64,000 nt of DNA from an uncultured Actinomycetes bacterium (GCA_903860745.1 CAIORQ010000026.1:25825-89824), one strand, 5' to 3'. Shown: positions 18,889 through 28,454, counted from the stretch's first letter. Notes: generated from the sequence alone by a model not told the origin. Program-made: numbers and translations.

Positions 18889-19679
18889 TGGGCCTTCCGC
18901 TCTTCGACGCGCAGAGCGACCCCGGACCCTCCTTCTTGCGCTACGCGGAGCTGGCGGGGCTCACCCGGGTGCCGGACACCACCGACCTCTCCGCCCACGC
19001 CACCACGGTGGTCGCGGTGCGCTTCAACGACGGCGTGGTGATGGTGGGTGACCGTCAGGCGACCTCCTACTACGTCGCCAATCGCGACGTCCGAAAGATC
19101 GAGGCCGCCGACCGCTACACCGCACTGGCGATCTCGGGTTCGGCGGCCCGCGGACTCGAGTTCATCCGTCTGGCCCAACTCTCCTTCGAGCACTACGAGA
19201 AGATGAGCGACGCCGCCTTGAGCCTCGAGGGCAAGGCCAACTACCTCTCCCCGTTGATCCAGCGCAACAACCTGAGCTCCCAGCTCGTGGTGCTGCCGCT
19301 ACTGGCCGGCTGGGACACGGCCCACCAGCGAGGTCGGATCTTCGAATACGACGGCGCCGGCGGCTGCTACGAGCGTCAGGACTTCTCGGTGATCGGTTCG
19401 GGCTCACCCTTCGCCGAATCCACCCTGCGACTGGGCTTTCGACCCGACCTGGGCCGCCAGGAGGCCCTGGAGCTGGCGTCACTCGCCATCTACGAGGCCG
19501 CCGACAACGACCCGTCGACCGGCGGACCCGACTTCGTGCGCAACATCTACCCGATGATGGTGACGCTCACCGTGGAGGGCTTCCGCGAGCTCGACCAGGA
19601 GACCGCCAAGACGACGTTCCAGACGATCAACGACCGGCGGACCCAGTCCGGCGGGGTCGCGGGGGGCACCCTGCGATGA
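18888..19679 (+). CDS. prcB: 20S proteasome beta subunit
   Basis: Propeptide followed by HA|TTVVAV (N-terminal Thr nucleophile). Start overlaps the pup stop by 1 nt. Confidence 0.93.
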   Translation: MGLPLFDAQSDPGPSFLRYAELAGLTRVPDTTDLSAHATTVVAVRFNDGVVMVGDRQATSYYVANRDVRKIEAADRYTALAISGSAARGLEFIRLAQLSFEHYEKMSDAALSLEGKANYLSPLIQRNNLSSQLVVLPLLAGWDTAHQRGRIFEYDGAGGCYERQDFSVIGSGSPFAESTLRLGFRPDLGRQEALELASLAIYEAADNDPSTGGPDFVRNIYPMMVTLTVEGFRELDQETAKTTFQTINDRRTQSGGVAGGTLR

Positions 19680-20353
19680 GCAACTTCTTCTACGTCGCTC
19701 CCGAGCAACTCATCAAGGACCGCGCCGAGTTCGCCCAGAAGGGCATCGCGCGAGGTCGTTCCATCGTGGCCGCCATCTACGACGTGGGCGTCGTTCTCGT
19801 GGCCGAGAACCCGTCGGCGTCCCTGTACAAGATCTCCGAGATCTACGACCGCCTCGCCTTCGCCGGCGTGGGTCGCTACAACGAGTTCGACCGATTGCGC
19901 GAGGCGGGCATCCGCTGGGCCGACGGAACGGGCTACACCTATTCGCGCGAGGACGTGGACGGGCGGGCGCTGGCCAACTACTACGCCCAGCACCTCGGGG
20001 ACATGTTCACCGAGGGCCAGAAGCCCCTCGAGGTAGAGATCCTCGTCGCCCAACTGGGCAACCAGTTCCGGCCGACCAAGCTCTACCGCATAGCCTACGA
20101 GGGCACCATCTCCGACGAGGAGCACTTCGCGGTGCTCGGCGGCGACGCCGAGACGATCAAGGAACGCTTCGCCACCTTGGAGGTCGGACACCTGGCCCTG
20201 TCCCAGACCCTCAAGAACGCGGTGAGCGCACTGGCCGGACCCGATCGCCAGATCCCCGTGAGCGACCTCGAAGTGGGCGTCTTGGAGGACCGCGGCGACC
20301 GGCGGACCTTCGCACGCCTCGACGACGACGAGATTGGCCGGCTGTTGGCCTGA
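19676..20353 (+). CDS. prcA: 20S proteasome alpha subunit
   Basis: FYVAPEQLIKDRAEFAQKGIARGRS N-terminus typical of PrcA. 4-nt overlap with prcB. Confidence 0.93.
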   Translation: MSNFFYVAPEQLIKDRAEFAQKGIARGRSIVAAIYDVGVVLVAENPSASLYKISEIYDRLAFAGVGRYNEFDRLREAGIRWADGTGYTYSREDVDGRALANYYAQHLGDMFTEGQKPLEVEILVAQLGNQFRPTKLYRIAYEGTISDEEHFAVLGGDAETIKERFATLEVGHLALSQTLKNAVSALAGPDRQIPVSDLEVGVLEDRGDRRTFARLDDDEIGRLLA

Positions 20354-20374
20354 GCCGGCGCTAGGGTCGAGGCC

Positions 20375-21754
20375 ATGTTGCGTCGCATCTACGGGATCGA
20401 GACCGAGTACGGGGTCACCTACTCGTTGCGTGGCCAACGTCGTCTCAGCCCCGACGAGGTCTCGCGCTTCCTCTTCCGCAAGGTCGTCGCCTGGGGTCGC
20501 TCGAGCAACGTCTTCTTGGAGAACGGCGCACGACTGTACCTCGACGTGGGCAGCCACCCCGAGTACGCGACCGCGGAGTGCGACACCCTGCGCGACCTGG
20601 TCGCCCAGGACAAGGCGGGCGAGTCGATCCTGCGCGAACTGGTCTCGCACGCCCAGCGCCAACTCGACGAGGAGGGCGTGCGCGGCGACATCTTCCTCTT
20701 CAAGAACAACACCGACTCCTCGGGCAACTCCTACGGGTGCCACGAGAACTACTGCATCGAGCGCATCGAGGACCTGACCCGCCTCGAACAGGTCTTCATC
20801 CCCTTCCTCGTCACCCGCCAGATCTTCGCCGGGGCCGGCAAGGTGGTCACGAACAGCCGCGGCACGGCCTATTCGATGAGCCAGCGGGCCGAGCACATGT
20901 GGGAGTCCATCTCCTCGGCCACCACGCGGTCTCGGCCCATCATCAACACCCGCGACGAGCCCCACGCCGACCCCGAGAAGTATCGGCGTCTGCACGTGAT
21001 CGTGGGCGACTCCAACATGAGTGAGTACGCCACCTTCATGAAGATGGGCACGGCCGCGGTGGTGCTGGCCATGATCGAGGACCGCACGACGGTGCTGCGC
21101 GACTACAACATGGTCTCGCCGATCAACGCGCTGCGCGACGTCTCGTACGACCTGTGGAGCAAGGAGCCGATCCGCCTGGTGTCGGGTCGCGACATGACCG
21201 CCCTGGAGCTCCAGGAGGACCTGTGCGAGCGCGCCGAGCAGTTCGTGCTGACCCACGAGGTCCCCGCCGACCAGGCGCAGGCCGTGGCGATGTGGCGCGA
21301 ATGCATCGAGCAGTACCGTTCCGACCCCATGGGGCTGGCGGACCGCGTCGACTGGATCGCCAAGTGGCAGATCATCGAGCGCGAGCGCGAGCGCAGCGGC
21401 GTCGCCCTCGACGACGCCAAGGTCGCCCTGATCGACCTGCTGTACCACGACACCAGCGTCGAACGGGGTCTCTACTACCGTCGCCAGGCCCGCGACCACT
21501 ATCGACGCATCGTGACCAACGACGAGGTCAACGCGGCCTCCCAGACCGCCCCGACCACCACGCGCGCCCACATGCGCGGGACCTTCATCCGCGAGGCCAA
21601 GAAGTGGCACCGCGACTACACCGTCGACTGGGTCCACCTGAAGCTCAACGACGAGATGCAGCGCACCGTCTTGCTGAAGGACCCCTTCCGCAGCACCGAC
21701 GAACGATTCGTGAAGCTGGTCGCCTCGCTCGAGCGTCGTCCCAAGGGCGTCTAG
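20375..21754 (+). CDS. pafA: Pup-protein ligase
   Basis: MLRRIYGIETEYGV and HPEYATAEC. Paralogous to Dop but lacks the Dop-specific insertion. Located downstream of prcBA. Confidence 0.93.
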   Translation: MLRRIYGIETEYGVTYSLRGQRRLSPDEVSRFLFRKVVAWGRSSNVFLENGARLYLDVGSHPEYATAECDTLRDLVAQDKAGESILRELVSHAQRQLDEEGVRGDIFLFKNNTDSSGNSYGCHENYCIERIEDLTRLEQVFIPFLVTRQIFAGAGKVVTNSRGTAYSMSQRAEHMWESISSATTRSRPIINTRDEPHADPEKYRRLHVIVGDSNMSEYATFMKMGTAAVVLAMIEDRTTVLRDYNMVSPINALRDVSYDLWSKEPIRLVSGRDMTALELQEDLCERAEQFVLTHEVPADQAQAVAMWRECIEQYRSDPMGLADRVDWIAKWQIIERERERSGVALDDAKVALIDLLYHDTSVERGLYYRRQARDHYRRIVTNDEVNAASQTAPTTTRAHMRGTFIREAKKWHRDYTVDWVHLKLNDEMQRTVLLKDPFRSTDERFVKLVASLERRPKGV

Positions 21755-21760
21755 GGCCCG

Positions 21761-22378
21761 ATGTCCGCTGCGTACCGCGACGGCGACGCCGTCCCCGCCG
21801 GCGCCCACGCGCCCGACGTCGGCCCGGCGCGCCGGCGGCTCCGTCGCCACCTCATCGAGTGGGCGGTGATGATCGCGGTGGCCCTGGCGATCACGCTGGG
21901 AGTGCGCGGCTACGTGGTGCAGACCTTCCTGGTGCCCTCGAGCTCCATGGAGCCCACCCTGTTGGTGGGGGACCGGATCCTCGTCGACAAGCTCGCCGTC
22001 GACTGGGGCGAGATCAACCGGGGTGACGTCGTCGTCTTCCACTCCCCGCCCAACGAGGACTGCGCCGGGGGGCACGAGGCCATCCTCGTCAAGCGCGTCA
22101 TCGGCCTGCCGGGCGACCACCTGTACTCGATCGGCGACACCATCTACGTCGACGGCCGGCCCTTGAAGGAGGCGTGGCCCCACACCGAACCCCTCGGGCC
22201 ACCCGCGGTGGCGTCTCCCCGGCACCCCTACGTCGTGGGAGCCGACCGCTACTTCGTGATGGGCGACAACCACGCCTCGTCCTGCGACAGCCGCTACTGG
22301 GGGACCATTTCGCGAGGCGCGATCATCGGCAAGGTCTTCCTGCGGGTCTGGCCGGTCAGCCGCTTCGGCTTCCTCTAG
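21761..22378 (+). CDS. lepB: signal peptidase I (paralog 1)
   Basis: Single TM, catalytic Ser box SSSMEPTL, Lys box KRVIGLPGD, and GDNHASSCDSRYWG box E. Confidence 0.88.
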   Translation: MSAAYRDGDAVPAGAHAPDVGPARRRLRRHLIEWAVMIAVALAITLGVRGYVVQTFLVPSSSMEPTLLVGDRILVDKLAVDWGEINRGDVVVFHSPPNEDCAGGHEAILVKRVIGLPGDHLYSIGDTIYVDGRPLKEAWPHTEPLGPPAVASPRHPYVVGADRYFVMGDNHASSCDSRYWGTISRGAIIGKVFLRVWPVSRFGFL

Positions 22379-22417
22379 GGCGAGTGGGGTCTCGGGCCCG
22401 CCGAGTAACCTTGACCG

Positions 22418-23020
22418 GTGAGTGAAATCGAGACCGAGCCGACCTCGGGCGAGTCCGAAGCCCCCGTCGGCGGCTCCGCCCGACGCCACCACGTCCTCAT
22501 CGAATGGATCGTCATAATCGTGGTGGCGCTCGTCGTGTCGATCAGCCTGCGAACCTTCGCCTTCCAGACCTTCTTCATCCCCTCGGGCTCGATGGAGCCG
22601 ACCCTGCTCGTGGGAGACCGCATCATCGTCGACAAGCTGGCCGTCGACTGGGGGAGCATCCACCGCGGCGACATCCTCGTCTTCAAGGAGCCCCCGACCG
22701 AGGATTGCGGGGGGGAGCCCGTCACCGACCTCGTCAAGCGCGTCATCGGCCTGCCCGGCGACCACCTCTACTCGATCGGCGACACCATCTACGTCAACAA
22801 CAAGCGCCTCAAGGAGGCCTGGCCCCACAGCGAGCCCCTGGGCAACTCCATCGCCTCCCCGAGCGATCCGGTGGTCGTGGGAGCCAACCGCTACTTCATG
22901 ATGGGCGACAACCACTCGAACTCCTGCGACAGCCGCATGTGGGGGACCATCTCGCGCACCGAGATCATCGGCAAGGCCTTCTTCCGGGTCTGGCCCCTCA
23001 GCCGCATCGGCTTCCTGTAA
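22418..23020 (+). CDS. lepB: signal peptidase I (paralog 2)
   Basis: SGSMEPTL, KRVIGLPGD and GDNHSNSCDSRMWG. By eye, roughly three quarters identical to the upstream paralog over the catalytic core, with long near-identical nucleotide runs. Confidence 0.88.
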   Translation: MSEIETEPTSGESEAPVGGSARRHHVLIEWIVIIVVALVVSISLRTFAFQTFFIPSGSMEPTLLVGDRIIVDKLAVDWGSIHRGDILVFKEPPTEDCGGEPVTDLVKRVIGLPGDHLYSIGDTIYVNNKRLKEAWPHSEPLGNSIASPSDPVVVGANRYFMMGDNHSNSCDSRMWGTISRTEIIGKAFFRVWPLSRIGFL

Positions 23021-23053
23021 AGACCGGCCGTTTTCGGGCCGTACACTAGGGGG

Positions 23054-23416
23054 ATGTTCAGTCTCAGCCCGATGAAGATCTTCGTCATCGTGGCGGTGGT
23101 GGTGATGCTGCTGGGCCCCGACAAGTTGCCCGAGGTGGCCCACCGGCTCGGCACCTGGTGGAACGCCCTGCGTCGCTTCCAGCAGCGCGTCGAGAGCGAG
23201 GTGCGCGGCGCGCTGCCCGACCTGCCCAGCACGAGCGACATCGCCCGGATCACCCGCAACCCGGTGAGCGTCCTCAACGACCTCGCCGACCGCGCCGAGA
23301 ACCCGACGCGTGAGCGTGCCGAGGCCGCCCCGACGCCGGATCCGGTCACGTCCGACGCCACCGAGACCAGCGCCGCGCCCCCCAGCCCTCCCAGCGCCGA
23401 CCCGTCCCTGAACTGA
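23054..23416 (+). CDS. twin-arginine translocase TatA/TatB-family subunit (TatB-like LGPDKLP hinge)
   Basis: N-terminal TM (IFVIVAVVVMLLGPDKLP), then an amphipathic helix, then a Pro/Ala/Ser-rich tail. Immediately upstream of tatC. Confidence 0.8.
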   Translation: MFSLSPMKIFVIVAVVVMLLGPDKLPEVAHRLGTWWNALRRFQQRVESEVRGALPDLPSTSDIARITRNPVSVLNDLADRAENPTRERAEAAPTPDPVTSDATETSAAPPSPPSADPSLN

Positions 23417-23448
23417 CCGTGGCGAAGGTTCGTGACCAGGGGGGCAAG

Positions 23449-24147
23449 ATGACCCTCGCCCAACACTTCGGTGAGGCCCGCAACCGTTTCCTGATCTGTC
23501 TGGCCATCTCGAGCGCGCTGGCGGTGGCCTCCTTCGTCTTCTATCCCCAGTTGCTGAGCCTGCTCCAGCACCCCTACTGCCAGGCCGACCCGCACCACTG
23601 CCACTTCCTGGTCACGAACCCCCTCGACGGCATCACCCTGCGGGTGAAGATCTCCTTCTTCGGGGGGCTCCTCTTCGGGGGTCCCTTCTGGCTCTGGCAC
23701 GCCTGGCGCTTCGTGACCCCGGGTCTCAAGGCCCGCGAACGGCGCTACGCCCTGCCCTTCGTGCTGGGTTCGGTGGTCTTCTTCTCCGCGGGCGTCGTCG
23801 TCGCCTACCTGGTCTTCAAGAAGACCATCGAGTTCCTGGTGGCGATCGGCGGGAACTCCCTGACCACCTACTACAACCCGAACCAGTACCTGACGCTCTT
23901 CGTCCTCATGATGCTGCTCTTCGGATTGACCTTCGAATTCCCCGTGGTCCTGGTGGCCCTCGAGCTCGCCCGCGTCCTCACCCCCGCTCAGTTGCTGCGC
24001 CACTGGCGCTACTCGACGATCGCCATCGTGGTCTTCTCGGGCGCGATCACGCCCTCGAGCGATCCCTTCTCGATGTTCGCTCTCATGATCCCCCTGGTGG
24101 TCTTCTACTTCTTGGCCATCGGCATCGGCAAGCTGCTGGGCCGATGA
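23449..24147 (+). CDS. tatC: twin-arginine translocase subunit TatC
   Basis: MTLAQHFGEARNRF start is typical of TatC (ATG 23449 after AGGGGGG; the ORF opens at GTG 23419). Six TM segments. Confidence 0.9.
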   Translation: MTLAQHFGEARNRFLICLAISSALAVASFVFYPQLLSLLQHPYCQADPHHCHFLVTNPLDGITLRVKISFFGGLLFGGPFWLWHAWRFVTPGLKARERRYALPFVLGSVVFFSAGVVVAYLVFKKTIEFLVAIGGNSLTTYYNPNQYLTLFVLMMLLFGLTFEFPVVLVALELARVLTPAQLLRHWRYSTIAIVVFSGAITPSSDPFSMFALMIPLVVFYFLAIGIGKLLGR

Positions 24148-26267
24148 GCGACAACTACCGGCGCCGCTTCACCGAGTCCCAGGGCTTCGGGCTCGACCAG
24201 TTCCAGGACGAGGCGCTCGACGCCGTGGACGCGGGCGTCAACGTCCTGGTCAGCGCCCCGACGGGCTCGGGCAAGACCCTGATCGCGAACTACGCCATCG
24301 GCGGCATGCTCGAGATCGGCAAACGTTCCTTCTACACCACGCCCCTCAAGGCCCTGTCCAACCAGAAGTACGCCGAACTCTGCGCGCTCTACGGCGAGGA
24401 CCGCGTCGGCCTCCTGACCGGCGACACCTCGGTCAACCGCCTCGCCGAGGTCGTGGTCATGACCACCGAGGTGTTGCGCAACATGCTGCTGACCGAATCG
24501 GACCAGTTGTCGGACCTGGGCCTAGTGGTCCTCGACGAGGTCCACTACCTCCAAGACCCCTTCCGCGGGGGGGTGTGGGAGGAGGTGCTCATCCTGACCC
24601 CCGCCGCCGTGCGCTTCGTGGCGCTCTCGGCGACCATCGGCAACGCCGCCTTCGTCGGGAAGTGGTTCAACGAGGTGCGCGGCGAGACCGCGGTCGTGAC
24701 CGAGGCGACGCGTCCCATCACCCTGCACCAGCACCTGGCCGTCGTGCGACGGGGTCAGCCCTCCGCCGAGGTGCTCGAGCTCCTCGACGGCGAGCGCCTC
24801 TCGGAGGACGCTCGGCGCGTCGAGAACACCATGAAGGCCACCCGACGCTTCCGGCCCGGGCCGCGCTGGCAGGGACCCAAGTCGTCCGCGCCCCCGGCGC
24901 CGTTTCGCGCACCGCGCCGCAGCGAGTTGCTCGAGGCCCTCGAGCGCGACGATCTGTTGCCGGTGATCGTCTTCATCTTCTCGCGCTCCGCCTGTGACGA
25001 CGCCGTGCGCCAGTGCCGCCGTGACGGCCTGCTCTTCACCACGCCCGAACAGCGCCGCGAGATCGAACACATCGCCGAGTTCCGCTTGCTCGACTTCTCC
25101 GATGACGACCTGCGGGCCCTGGAGTACAACGAGTTCATCGACTCCCTGCGCCGCGGCCTGGCCGCCCACCACGCCGGCATGGTGCCGGCCTTTCGCGAGA
25201 TCGTCGAGACCTGCTTCGTCCAGAACCTGCTCGGGGTGGTCTTCGCCACCGAGACCCTGGCGCTCGGGGTCAACATGCCGGCGCGGTCGGTGGCCCTGGA
25301 GAAGTTCTCCAAGTACTCCGACGCCGGGCGGCGTTTCCTGACGAGCGGGGAATACGCCCAGATGACCGGGCGCGCCGGTCGGCGCGGCCTCGACGAGGAG
25401 GGCCACGCCATCGTCTGCTTCGCCCCGGAGGCCTCCCTGCTCGACATCGGTCGGGTGGCCATCTCGCCGCCGTCGGAGCTGCACTCCTCCTTCCGTCCCA
25501 CCTACAACTTCACGGCGAACCTCATCAACCACTTCGAGATCGAGACCGCCCTGGAGGTGGTCCAGCGCTCCTACGCCCAGTTCGAGGCCGACCACCGTCC
25601 CGCCGGATCGCGCCGTCCGTTGGGCGACCAGATGCGCGCGCGCCACCACGTGCTCGAAGAGCTGGGCTACGCCGACGGCTGGCGGCTCAATGACCGGGGG
25701 CAGTTGCTGCGCTCGATCTACCACGAGTGCGACCTGCTCATCGCCGAGTGCGTCACCGACGGCATCTTCGACGGTCTCGAGCCGGCCCAGCTGGCGGGAC
25801 TCCTGTCGAGCTTCGTCTTCGAGACCAAGCGCGGCGCCCGCAACACCAAGCACCCCGCGACACCCCTCAAGCGCAAGAAGAACCTCCACGACCGTCTGGG
25901 TCCGGACCGGCGCTTCACCCTGAGCGAGCGCGCCCACGAGATCACCGTGCTGTCGGCGGCCGTGCGCGAGGTCGAGGAGCGCTACCGCGTGCCCCACGCC
26001 AAGGAGCCCGACGGCAAGTTCGCCCCGGTCATCGCGGCCTGGGCCCGCGGCGTCACCCTGGGGACCGTCCTGGACCTGGCCGAGGCCGAGGTCGGACAGA
26101 CCTCGCCGGGCGACTTCGTGCGTCACGCCAAGCAGGTGGCCGACCTGTGTGAGCAGTTGGCCCGCCTGCGCAGCCTGGGCGACCTCTCCGACGTGGCCGA
26201 CGAGGCCCGAGAGGCGGTCCTGCGCTCGGTGGTGGCGGGCGCGTCGACGGTCCACCCTCGCGGGTGA
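24144..26267 (+). CDS. helY: Ski2-like DEAD/DEAH-box RNA helicase (HelY-type, short 707-aa form)
   Basis: APTGSGKT Walker A, DEVH box, SATIGN, and the DSHCT-like C-terminal region. ATGA overlap with tatC. Same position as helY in mycobacteria. Confidence 0.85.
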   Translation: MSDNYRRRFTESQGFGLDQFQDEALDAVDAGVNVLVSAPTGSGKTLIANYAIGGMLEIGKRSFYTTPLKALSNQKYAELCALYGEDRVGLLTGDTSVNRLAEVVVMTTEVLRNMLLTESDQLSDLGLVVLDEVHYLQDPFRGGVWEEVLILTPAAVRFVALSATIGNAAFVGKWFNEVRGETAVVTEATRPITLHQHLAVVRRGQPSAEVLELLDGERLSEDARRVENTMKATRRFRPGPRWQGPKSSAPPAPFRAPRRSELLEALERDDLLPVIVFIFSRSACDDAVRQCRRDGLLFTTPEQRREIEHIAEFRLLDFSDDDLRALEYNEFIDSLRRGLAAHHAGMVPAFREIVETCFVQNLLGVVFATETLALGVNMPARSVALEKFSKYSDAGRRFLTSGEYAQMTGRAGRRGLDEEGHAIVCFAPEASLLDIGRVAISPPSELHSSFRPTYNFTANLINHFEIETALEVVQRSYAQFEADHRPAGSRRPLGDQMRARHHVLEELGYADGWRLNDRGQLLRSIYHECDLLIAECVTDGIFDGLEPAQLAGLLSSFVFETKRGARNTKHPATPLKRKKNLHDRLGPDRRFTLSERAHEITVLSAAVREVEERYRVPHAKEPDGKFAPVIAAWARGVTLGTVLDLAEAEVGQTSPGDFVRHAKQVADLCEQLARLRSLGDLSDVADEAREAVLRSVVAGASTVHPRG

Positions 26268-26290
26268 TTTGGCCCCTAGTCTTTTTGTTC
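26253..26290 (+). terminator. candidate intrinsic terminator ending the arc...helY array
   Basis: CACCC-tcgc-GGGTG hairpin overlapping the helY stop, followed by a T-rich tract (atttgg...tctttttgtt). The stem is short and the T-run is interrupted. Confidence 0.25.
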
Positions 26291-26291
26291 C

Positions 26292-27905
26292 ATGCACCCC
26301 TACGTTGTCGAAGAGTTCACTGACGCGGAAAGGGCGGTGCTGCGCCGGTACTTCACCAACCTCGAGGGCCCCGTCTTCGCCCTGGTCAACCTGCCAGAGG
26401 TCGTCAAGGGCGCCCTCTTCGCCCGCTACTCGCGCTCCTCGAAGAGCCTGCGACGGCTCTTCCTGGACGAATTCGTGGGCGACCTGGACGTGACCGGCGA
26501 CCAGGGGGTCGACGCGACGGTGGGCCTGGACCGGGCCGACGACCTCTACCAGCGGATCTTCTACGAGTACGGCGACGACTCGGTGGCCCAGCTCGGTGGG
26601 GTGCACCTGGCCTGCGAGCAGGCCTCCAACATCTTGACCAAGGTGCTCGAGCGGGGCCGCATTATGAGCTACCTCGAGCAATCCACGCGTTACCTGGGCT
26701 ACGACCGTCGCCTGGACAACGGCCTGTTTCGCTACTACCGCGACCACGCGGTCCTGGAGTCGCGCTACGGCGCGCGCTACGTGGGCGAGATGGACCGGAT
26801 GTTCGACACCTACGCCCAGTTGCTGCCTCGCTTGACCGAGTTCCTGGCCAAGAAGTACCCCAAGACGCCCGAGGACACCGACTTCGTCTACCGCCAGGCC
26901 ATCCGGGCCAAGGCGCTCGACGCGGTGCGGGGACTCCTGCCGGCCAGCGCCCTGTCCAACCTGGGGATCTACGCCAGCGGACAGGCCTACGAGGCGCTGT
27001 TGTTGCGCATGAGGGCCCACCCCCTGCACGAGGTGCGCGAGTACTCCCAGTTGATGCTCGAGGAGCTGCGCAAGGTCATCCCGAGCTTCCTCAAGCGCAT
27101 CGACGTGCCCGAGCGCGGTCTGGCCTGGACCCAGTACCTCGCCGAGACCCGCGGCGCCACCCGCCAGGTCCTCGGCAGTCTGGTCGAGGACCTGGAGACC
27201 ATCGAGCCGCGAGAGAGCGTGCGTCTGGTCGCCTTCGACCCCGAGGGCGAGACCCGGGTCCTCGAGGCCATCGTCTTCGCCAACTCCTCGCTCAGCGACG
27301 CCGACGCGTCGTCGGCCGTGGCCCGCATGACGGCGCCCGAGCGCGAGCGGTTGATGGGGGCCTACGTGGGGGAGCGGCGCAATCGGCGGCACCGACCCGG
27401 ACGGGCCTTCGAGCGCACCGACTACCGCTTCGAGCTGGTCACCGACTACGGCGCCTTCCGCGACCTCCAGCGCCACCGCCTCTTGACCGTGGAGTGGCAG
27501 TCGCTGACCGTGGACCTGGGCTACGACGTTCCCGACGTCATCGTCGAGGCGGGCCTCAGCCCCGCCTACGAGGATTCCCTGGCCCGCTCGGCCGAGTTCT
27601 ACTACGACCTGCGCGAGGAGTTCCCCGACGCCGCGCAGTACGCCGTCGCCCTGGCCTTCCGGATCCGCTACAGCATGCAGATGAACGCCCGCGAGGCGCT
27701 GCACCTGATCGAACTGCGCTCGGGCCCCCAGGGGCATCCGAGCTACCGTCGCGTGGCTCACGAGATGGTCCGCCAGATCCGCGAGGTGGCGGGCCACGGG
27801 GCGATCGCCGACGCGATGAGCTACGTGGACTTCTCCGACACCGACCTCGAGCGCCTCGAAGCGGAGCGCGCGGCCGAGAGGAATCGCGCAAAAAGGGATT
27901 ATTAG
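26292..27905 (+). CDS. long (537 aa) ThyX-like flavin-dependent thymidylate synthase family protein
   Basis: Thy1-like segments in both halves (LPEVVKGALFARYSRSS...; ...TDYGAFRDLQRHRLLT with the RHR triad). About twice the length of canonical ThyX. Confidence 0.6.
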   Translation: MHPYVVEEFTDAERAVLRRYFTNLEGPVFALVNLPEVVKGALFARYSRSSKSLRRLFLDEFVGDLDVTGDQGVDATVGLDRADDLYQRIFYEYGDDSVAQLGGVHLACEQASNILTKVLERGRIMSYLEQSTRYLGYDRRLDNGLFRYYRDHAVLESRYGARYVGEMDRMFDTYAQLLPRLTEFLAKKYPKTPEDTDFVYRQAIRAKALDAVRGLLPASALSNLGIYASGQAYEALLLRMRAHPLHEVREYSQLMLEELRKVIPSFLKRIDVPERGLAWTQYLAETRGATRQVLGSLVEDLETIEPRESVRLVAFDPEGETRVLEAIVFANSSLSDADASSAVARMTAPERERLMGAYVGERRNRRHRPGRAFERTDYRFELVTDYGAFRDLQRHRLLTVEWQSLTVDLGYDVPDVIVEAGLSPAYEDSLARSAEFYYDLREEFPDAAQYAVALAFRIRYSMQMNAREALHLIELRSGPQGHPSYRRVAHEMVRQIREVAGHGAIADAMSYVDFSDTDLERLEAERAAERNRAKRDY

Positions 27906-27980
27906 CCAAAAATAATGCGAAAATGACCGAAGTCCCGTCCAAAAGGCTCTACACTTCCAGCGCCACAGAGAAGGAAGCCT

Positions 27981-28454
27981 ATGAGTATCGACGGAGAGAA
28001 CGACGAAGTGTTCGACGAGGAGGAGCTCGCCGAGGGCTTTGACGAAGAGGTCCTGAGCGAGGATGACATCATCGACGACGACGTCGACTTGGACATCGTC
28101 GTGGTCGACGACGACGCCGTCGAAGCGGTGGACGACGACGTGGATGACGTCGTTGACGCCGACGAGGCCGACGAGGACAGCCCGGCCGTGGTGGCCCTGG
28201 TCGACGACGACGACCTGGCCGACGACGCCGACGTGGAGTTGGCCCTCGACGAGGTTCTCGCCGAGACCATCCGACGCACCACGACGCCCGAGGACGACGA
28301 CGAGGGCCCCATCGACGTGGATCCGCTCGCGGACCCCTTCGAGACCATCCTGCCCAAGCAGGACGACGAGTTCCGTTGCGCCTCGTGCCGCTTGCTCAAG
28401 AAGATGAGCCAGCTGGCCGACGTCGACAAGAACCTCTGCCGCGACTGCGTCTAG
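27981..28454 (+). CDS. DUF4193 family protein with very long poly-acidic N-terminal region
   Basis: C-terminal ILPKQDDEFRCASCRLLKKMSQLADVDKNLCRDCV matches the DUF4193 CxxC...CxxC module. The first ~110 residues are dominated by Asp/Glu. RBS GAAGGAAG precedes the ATG. Confidence 0.75.
   Translation: MSIDGENDEVFDEEELAEGFDEEVLSEDDIIDDDVDLDIVVVDDDAVEAVDDDVDDVVDADEADEDSPAVVALVDDDDLADDADVELALDEVLAETIRRTTTPEDDDEGPIDVDPLADPFETILPKQDDEFRCASCRLLKKMSQLADVDKNLCRDCV

Noticed and set aside
19547-23143. 1198-aa ORF on the minus strand antisense to prcA-pafA-lepB-lepB
   Set aside because: Same reasoning. The plus-strand genes carry unmistakable catalytic motifs and high GC3. The antisense frame is a stop-codon-poor artefact of GC-rich codon position 3.
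28060-28330. GAC/GAG-rich quasi-microsatellite
   Set aside because: It is in frame and encodes the poly-Asp/Glu region of the DUF4193 protein. This is coding low complexity, not a non-coding repeat or CRISPR-like array.
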